From positions 100,859 through 164,858 of the forward strand of contig JALGVJ010000005.1 in NCBI GenBank assembly GCA_029838195.1: 64,000 nt of DNA, given 5' to 3'. Under the pieces are notes generated by a model. The model worked only from the letters and a program-made list of their open reading frames with translations. It searched no databases and had not been told where the DNA came from. Of this stretch, positions 59,192-64,000 are shown one piece after another. Within the stretch, counting starts at the first letter, position 1, and the number at the start of each line of letters is the position of its first letter. The position numbers were made by a program, and so were the translations under genes. This DNA is from Promethearchaeota archaeon (GTDB lineage: Archaea > Asgardarchaeota > Lokiarchaeia > Sigyniarchaeales > SOKP01).

Positions 59192-61975
59192 ATGGTAGAC
59201 TATATCCCTCAAGAAATTGAAAAAAAATGGCAAGAAAAATGGAAGAAGGATAAAATTTTTGAAGTGAAAATGGATCCGAATAAGAAAAAATATTACGTCC
59301 TTGAAATGTATCCTTATCCTTCTTCACATCTTCACATGGGACATCTGAGGAATTACTCCATAGGAGATGCATATGCACGATATAAACGCATGCGAGGTTT
59401 TAATGTATTATATCCCATGGGATACGATTCTTTTGGCCTTCCCGCAGAAAATGCGGCGATAGATCATGGCGTTAATCCTGAGGAATGGACCGACGCCAAT
59501 ATAAATGCTATTAAGGAACAACAAGAAAGAATTGGATTATCATATGATTGGACACGAATGATTTATAGCCACGATATAAATTATTACAAGTGGGATCAAT
59601 GGTTTTTTTTAAAAATGTATGAACGAGGTTTGGCATATCGAGAAAATGCTTATGCGAACTGGTGCCCTACATGTGCAACTGTTTTAGCAAATGAACAAGT
59701 ACAAGGAGGAAAATGCTGGAGATGTAATTCGGATGTTGAACAGAAATTCTTAACCCAATGGTTTTTAAAAATACGAGCGTACGCTGAAGAGCTTCTGGAA
59801 GGATTAAATCATGTTGATTGGCCTGAAAAAGTAAAGGTAATGCAGAGAAATTGGATTGGAAGATCCGAAGGATCAATAATCAAATTTCCAATAATGGGAG
59901 AAAACAGGAGCATTGATATCTTTACTACGCGCCCCGATACTTTATTTGGCGTGACATTCATGGTATTTGCTCCTGAACATCCTTGGGTAAGAGAATGGGT
60001 ACAAGGCACGGAATATGAAAAATCTTTTCAATTGTTATATGAAGAAGTGATGAAACAAAATAAATACGAAAGATCTGATATTGATATTGAAAAAAAAGGC
60101 ATGTTTATAGGGAAATATTGTCTTCATCCCCTAACCAATGAACATATTCCTATTTACATATCAAATTTTGTTATTTATGAATATGGTGCAGGAGCAGTAA
60201 TGGCAGTTCCGGCACACGACCAAAGAGATTTTGAATTTGCCAAAAAATATAATCTTCCCATAAAAATCGTTATTCAACCATTTGATCATGAAATAAACTT
60301 GGAAAAAATGAGTAGGGCTTATGAAGGTAATGGTGTACTGGTGAATTCTCAAGAATTTGACGGCTTGGACAATGAAACAGCCAAAAAAGCTATAACGGAC
60401 AAATTGGAAAGTTTAAATAAGGGCAAGCCAACAGTAAATTATAAATTAAGAGATTGGTTAATCTCACGTCAAAGATTTTGGGGTTGCCCCATTCCTATTA
60501 TTTATTGCAATGATTGTGGAATCGTTCCCGTCCCTTATGAAGATCTACCTGTAAAATTACCTAAAGATGTAAAATTTACTGGTAAAGGCAATCCCCTAGA
60601 AACCAGTGAGAAATTTAAGAAAGTGAAATGCCCTAAATGTGGAAAAATGGGGCGAAGAGAAACCAATACTATGGATACTTTCGTCGATAGTTCTTGGTAC
60701 TTTTTTAAATTTTGTGATCCTGAAGAGAATGGAAAGCTTCCATATAGAAAAGAATTAATTGATTATTGGGGAAATGTTGACCAATATATTGGAGGAATTG
60801 AGCATGCTGTCATGCACCTCCTTTATGCTCGCTTCTGGACGAAGGTAAGCCGTGATTTAGGCCTTCATTCCCATGATGAGCCCTTTCAAAAGCTACTAAC
60901 TCAAGGAATGATAAATAAAGCTCATCCCTATTGCCCTACGTGTAATGCATTTGCCATTAAATCAGAAATGAATAATAAAAAATGCAAGAGATGTGGAACA
61001 GATTATGTCTTGAAAAGCGTGAAAATGAGTAAAAGCTTGGGAAATACCGTGGATCCCATTGGAATCATGACCAAATACGGAGCAGATTCCTCGAGATTTT
61101 TCATATTATTTGGAGCGAGCCCTGAATCCGGATTAGAATGGTCTGATGAGGCGGTTATTTTTGCCAATCGGTTCTTAAAGAATTTATTTAAATTAATCAC
61201 AGAACCCGTGACCTCTAAAAGACGGAAAAAAACAATAAATGACACCTTGATCCTCTACAATTTAAATAAAACAATTAAAAATATCACCATTTATTTAGAA
61301 AATATCGAAATAAGGGATGCCATTAATCAATTAATTCAATTTACATCAGAACTAATTAAATATAAAAGACAAGGGCCGATTAAAACCATTTTCTCGGAAT
61401 GCATTAAAAAATTAACCTTGATGCTCCATCCATTCGTGCCTCACATCACGGAGGAATTATGGGAAATATTGGGGAAAAAAAGCTACATTAGCTTGGCGAA
61501 ATGGCCTACACCTGATGATTCAATTTTAACTAAAGAAAATGATTATAAATGGAACCTAATGAATTCCACCGTGGACGATATCAAGAACATCATTAATGTT
61601 TTAAATAAAAATACTATTGAAGAAATTAAATTAATGATAGCAGCCCCTTGGAAATATGATTTTTATCAACAACTCATGAAATTGTTGGAGCAAACAAAAA
61701 ATCAAGGAGAGATCATAAAAGTGCTCATGAAAAACGAAACCTTCAAATCTCACGGAAAATTCATCAATCTCACCATAAATAAAATCTTAAAAAACGTGGG
61801 AAAATATCCCAAATTATCCCTTTCAGCCGAAATAGAATTTAATTTTTTTACCGAATTGAAACCAATATTTGAAAATAAGTTCAATTGCAAAATAAAAGTG
61901 CTTCATGAAAGCGAATCCGACAATAAAAAAGCTAAAGACGCATTACCAGGTAAACCGGCTATATTAATTACATGA
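59192..61975 (+). CDS. leuS: leucyl-tRNA synthetase (bacterial-type core, archaeal-type C-terminus)
   Basis: MYPYPS..LHMGH, FGLPAENAA, TTRPDT, RDWLISRQR, YIGGIEHA, KMSKS, terminal ALPGKPAI. ATG 59192 preferred over GTG 59183. Confidence 0.95.
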   Translation: MVDYIPQEIEKKWQEKWKKDKIFEVKMDPNKKKYYVLEMYPYPSSHLHMGHLRNYSIGDAYARYKRMRGFNVLYPMGYDSFGLPAENAAIDHGVNPEEWTDANINAIKEQQERIGLSYDWTRMIYSHDINYYKWDQWFFLKMYERGLAYRENAYANWCPTCATVLANEQVQGGKCWRCNSDVEQKFLTQWFLKIRAYAEELLEGLNHVDWPEKVKVMQRNWIGRSEGSIIKFPIMGENRSIDIFTTRPDTLFGVTFMVFAPEHPWVREWVQGTEYEKSFQLLYEEVMKQNKYERSDIDIEKKGMFIGKYCLHPLTNEHIPIYISNFVIYEYGAGAVMAVPAHDQRDFEFAKKYNLPIKIVIQPFDHEINLEKMSRAYEGNGVLVNSQEFDGLDNETAKKAITDKLESLNKGKPTVNYKLRDWLISRQRFWGCPIPIIYCNDCGIVPVPYEDLPVKLPKDVKFTGKGNPLETSEKFKKVKCPKCGKMGRRETNTMDTFVDSSWYFFKFCDPEENGKLPYRKELIDYWGNVDQYIGGIEHAVMHLLYARFWTKVSRDLGLHSHDEPFQKLLTQGMINKAHPYCPTCNAFAIKSEMNNKKCKRCGTDYVLKSVKMSKSLGNTVDPIGIMTKYGADSSRFFILFGASPESGLEWSDEAVIFANRFLKNLFKLITEPVTSKRRKKTINDTLILYNLNKTIKNITIYLENIEIRDAINQLIQFTSELIKYKRQGPIKTIFSECIKKLTLMLHPFVPHITEELWEILGKKSYISLAKWPTPDDSILTKENDYKWNLMNSTVDDIKNIINVLNKNTIEEIKLMIAAPWKYDFYQQLMKLLEQTKNQGEIIKVLMKNETFKSHGKFINLTINKILKNVGKYPKLSLSAEIEFNFFTELKPIFENKFNCKIKVLHESESDNKKAKDALPGKPAILIT

Positions 61976-62087
61976 AAAATTCTTTCTTCCTTTTTATCCC
62001 TATTCTCTTAATTTGAAAAAAAATTAATTTTAAAATAAACAATAAGTTATATTACTTAAGTTTACATGCAAAAGGGAATAATTTAAT

Positions 62088-62591
62088 ATGGCAACAATAG
62101 ACTTTGAATTTAGAAAACAAATCCTCGAAAATAGCATCGGAGATACTTTAGCTTATTGCTACCAATGCGCTACGTGCTCTGGAGCTTGTCCAGTAGCACA
62201 AGTGACTCAAGGGAGATATAATCCTCGTCGACTTATTTTGGATGCTCTATTGGGACTAAAAGAAAAGATTTTTGGAGAAAAAAATGCATTTGTGATATGG
62301 GGATGTACAGTATGTGACACGTGTGATGAGGTTTGCCCCCAGAAAGTAGAATTAACGGAGATTTTTACGATTTTGAAAAATATGAGTGTTGAAAGAGGGG
62401 AAGCTCCAGAACATTATACAGGACAAGCGAGAATGATTTTAGAGGCGGCAAAGGCAATCCCCATGCAACCTGCGATTGAACGCCGTCGGGATCAATTAGG
62501 GTTGCCAAAAATCATGGCGCCAGATGTAAAAGAAATTCAAGAATTATTAAGTGCAACACGATTAGCAGAAAAAATTAAAAAAGAAGAATAA
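62088..62591 (+). CDS. hdrC: heterodisulfide reductase subunit C-like 2x[4Fe-4S] protein
   Basis: CYQCATCSGACP and WGCTVCDTCDEVCPQ; RDQLGLP tail. Confidence 0.8.
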   Translation: MATIDFEFRKQILENSIGDTLAYCYQCATCSGACPVAQVTQGRYNPRRLILDALLGLKEKIFGEKNAFVIWGCTVCDTCDEVCPQKVELTEIFTILKNMSVERGEAPEHYTGQARMILEAAKAIPMQPAIERRRDQLGLPKIMAPDVKEIQELLSATRLAEKIKKEE

Positions 62592-62712
62592 TAATTACTA
62601 TTTCTCTTTTTATTATTCTTGAATCAAATAGACCTAAAGATTTGGTTAATAGATTTAAATACATGGAAATTTTTTTCATGATTATCAATTTTATAAAGGA
62701 AGGGAAAATCAA

Positions 62713-63489
62713 ATGCGTGGGCTTATAATAGGAGGAAATTGGAAAATGAATTTAGGAACTCCAGAGGAAACAAGGGTTCATTTAAAGGAACTCGTTTCTC
62801 TTACAAGATCAGTTAATAATGTGGAAATTGTTGTATTTCCTCCGTTTACAACATTATATCTTGCTAAAGAGCTAACAAAGGGCTCGAATATTAAGATAGG
62901 GGCGCAAAACATGCATTTTGAGCTAAGTGGTGCGTATACGGGTGAAATTTCCCCGAAATTCATTAAATCCTTGGGGTGTGAGCACGTAATTCTTGGTCAT
63001 AGTGAAAGGAGAGATATTTTTCATGAGTCAGATGAGCTAATAAATAGAAAACTGAAAAAAGCACTTCAAATGGGGTTAACACCAATAGTATGTATTGGAG
63101 AGCATTTAGATGAGAGAGAGAATGGAAAAACAAAAGAAATCATTCAATATCAAATGGAGCATACTTTTAGAGGATTGATAAAAGAAGAGATATTAAAAAC
63201 TGTAATTGCTTATGAGCCTATATGGGCAATAGGAACGGGTAAAACGGCCACACCGGAGCAGGCAGAGGAAGTTCATGAATTTATCAGAGAATTTTTATCT
63301 CAAGAATATGATGAATCTGTTGCTCGAGCTATTAGAATACAATATGGTGGGTCGATAAACCCGACTAATGCTTTTGATTTATTTAAAGAGAAGAATATTG
63401 ATGGGGGTTTAGTGGGAGGCGCTTCATTAAAACCAGACTCTTTTCACGAGATCATTAAAGCTGCTGAGAGAATACATGATCTTGAATAA
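62713..63489 (+). CDS. tpiA: triosephosphate isomerase (bacterial/eukaryotic type)
   Basis: GNWKMN, GAYTGEIS, GHSERR, AYEPIWAIGTG, YGGS, LVGGASL. Confidence 0.97.
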   Translation: MRGLIIGGNWKMNLGTPEETRVHLKELVSLTRSVNNVEIVVFPPFTTLYLAKELTKGSNIKIGAQNMHFELSGAYTGEISPKFIKSLGCEHVILGHSERRDIFHESDELINRKLKKALQMGLTPIVCIGEHLDERENGKTKEIIQYQMEHTFRGLIKEEILKTVIAYEPIWAIGTGKTATPEQAEEVHEFIREFLSQEYDESVARAIRIQYGGSINPTNAFDLFKEKNIDGGLVGGASLKPDSFHEIIKAAERIHDLE

Positions 63490-63657
63490 AATATTTCAAT
63501 TGTTATTAATAAATTATTAAATTTTTTCTGGGGTTCAATTTGTTTAAATAGATAATTATTTATGATGCATAAATTAACTTCGCTTTCTTAAAATCTTTTC
63601 TCTTATATCACCTACATCTTACAAGGTTCTATTAACCCTTTTCCCCCTTTTTTTTAC

Positions 63658-64000
63658 ATGAAACCTCTCTCTATCACCCGTTTTTCTCCTAATTACGAGG
63701 AATTAGTCCGTTTATACAAAAAAGAAAAGAATGCTAAACAAAAGGTGCGATATCACGCCATGGTATTGATGCATGAAATAAATTGAAGTGGCCCACATTG
63801 TAAAAAAATCCAGCTGTTCGATTCAAATCTGGGTTAATGACTTCAATGAAAAAGGGTTAGAAGGAATTCGCGTGCATTCTCCTCCTGGACGTCCTTCGAG
63901 CCTCTCACCCTCCCAATTAGAAGAATTGAAACGGGATCTTTTAACCTCCCCCCGCAAATTAGGATATGATTTCAGCAATTGGGAAGGAAAGAGTCTCAGG
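63658..64000 (+). mobile_element. IS630/Tc1-family transposase N-terminal fragment, frameshifted, truncated by the window end
   Basis: Frame 1 MKPLSI...KVRYHAMVLMHEIN* (stop 63784-63786); continues in the +1 frame as IEVAHIVKKSSCSIQIWVNDFNEKGLEGI...PPGRPSSLS...LGY...W, a typical IS630 HTH region. Confidence 0.8.

Noticed and set aside
996-62963. Numerous 60-184 aa ORFs antisense to or nested in long genes (e.g. 4633-5022, 29215-29769, 54088-54621)
   Set aside because: They are shadow ORFs of well-supported genes, with no recognisable motifs.
1-64000. CRISPR array, rRNA genes, prophage or recognisable defence island
   Set aside because: I saw no regularly spaced direct repeats, no long GC-rich structural RNA, and no cas, integrase or capsid genes.

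Overview
This is AT-rich, gene-dense archaeal chromosomal DNA. The gene content points to an Asgard archaeon, probably Lokiarchaeia-like; this is an inference from Topo VI, MCM, GINS23, ScpAB, the LysW-pathway enzymes, F420 and LipS1/LipS2 genes, an MglA-like small GTPase and a PPP phosphatase. Housekeeping genes include valS, leuS, coaBC, pyrE, tpiA, top6AB, an intein-containing mcm, scpAB and tRNA-Ala(CGC) with a D-arm intron. Less ordinary modules: (i) a 12.5-kb, seven-gene cell-surface operon (catalytically dead transglutaminase fused to a glycosylated Ig-like array, repeated DUF4129-like domains, a DUF4350/GIFT-like protein, MoxR, DUF58-VWA and a polytopic membrane protein); (ii) a MoxR(Walker-B D>N)-VWA-SWIM trio; (iii) an unannotated atypical kinase-fold gene head-to-head with a Ser/Thr phosphatase; (iv) a polytopic membrane-HEAT solenoid protein between gins23 and mcm; (v) a tight lipoate (LipS2-Lpl-LipS1-thioesterase) plus F420 (CofE-nitroreductase, CofD) operon; (vi) an orphan glycyl radical enzyme; (vii) domain-expanded ScpA and Top6B and a chimeric bacterial/archaeal LeuRS. 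The window ends inside a frameshifted IS630-type transposase. I saw no CRISPR array or rRNA gene. All family calls come from motifs recognised by eye, not from database searches.
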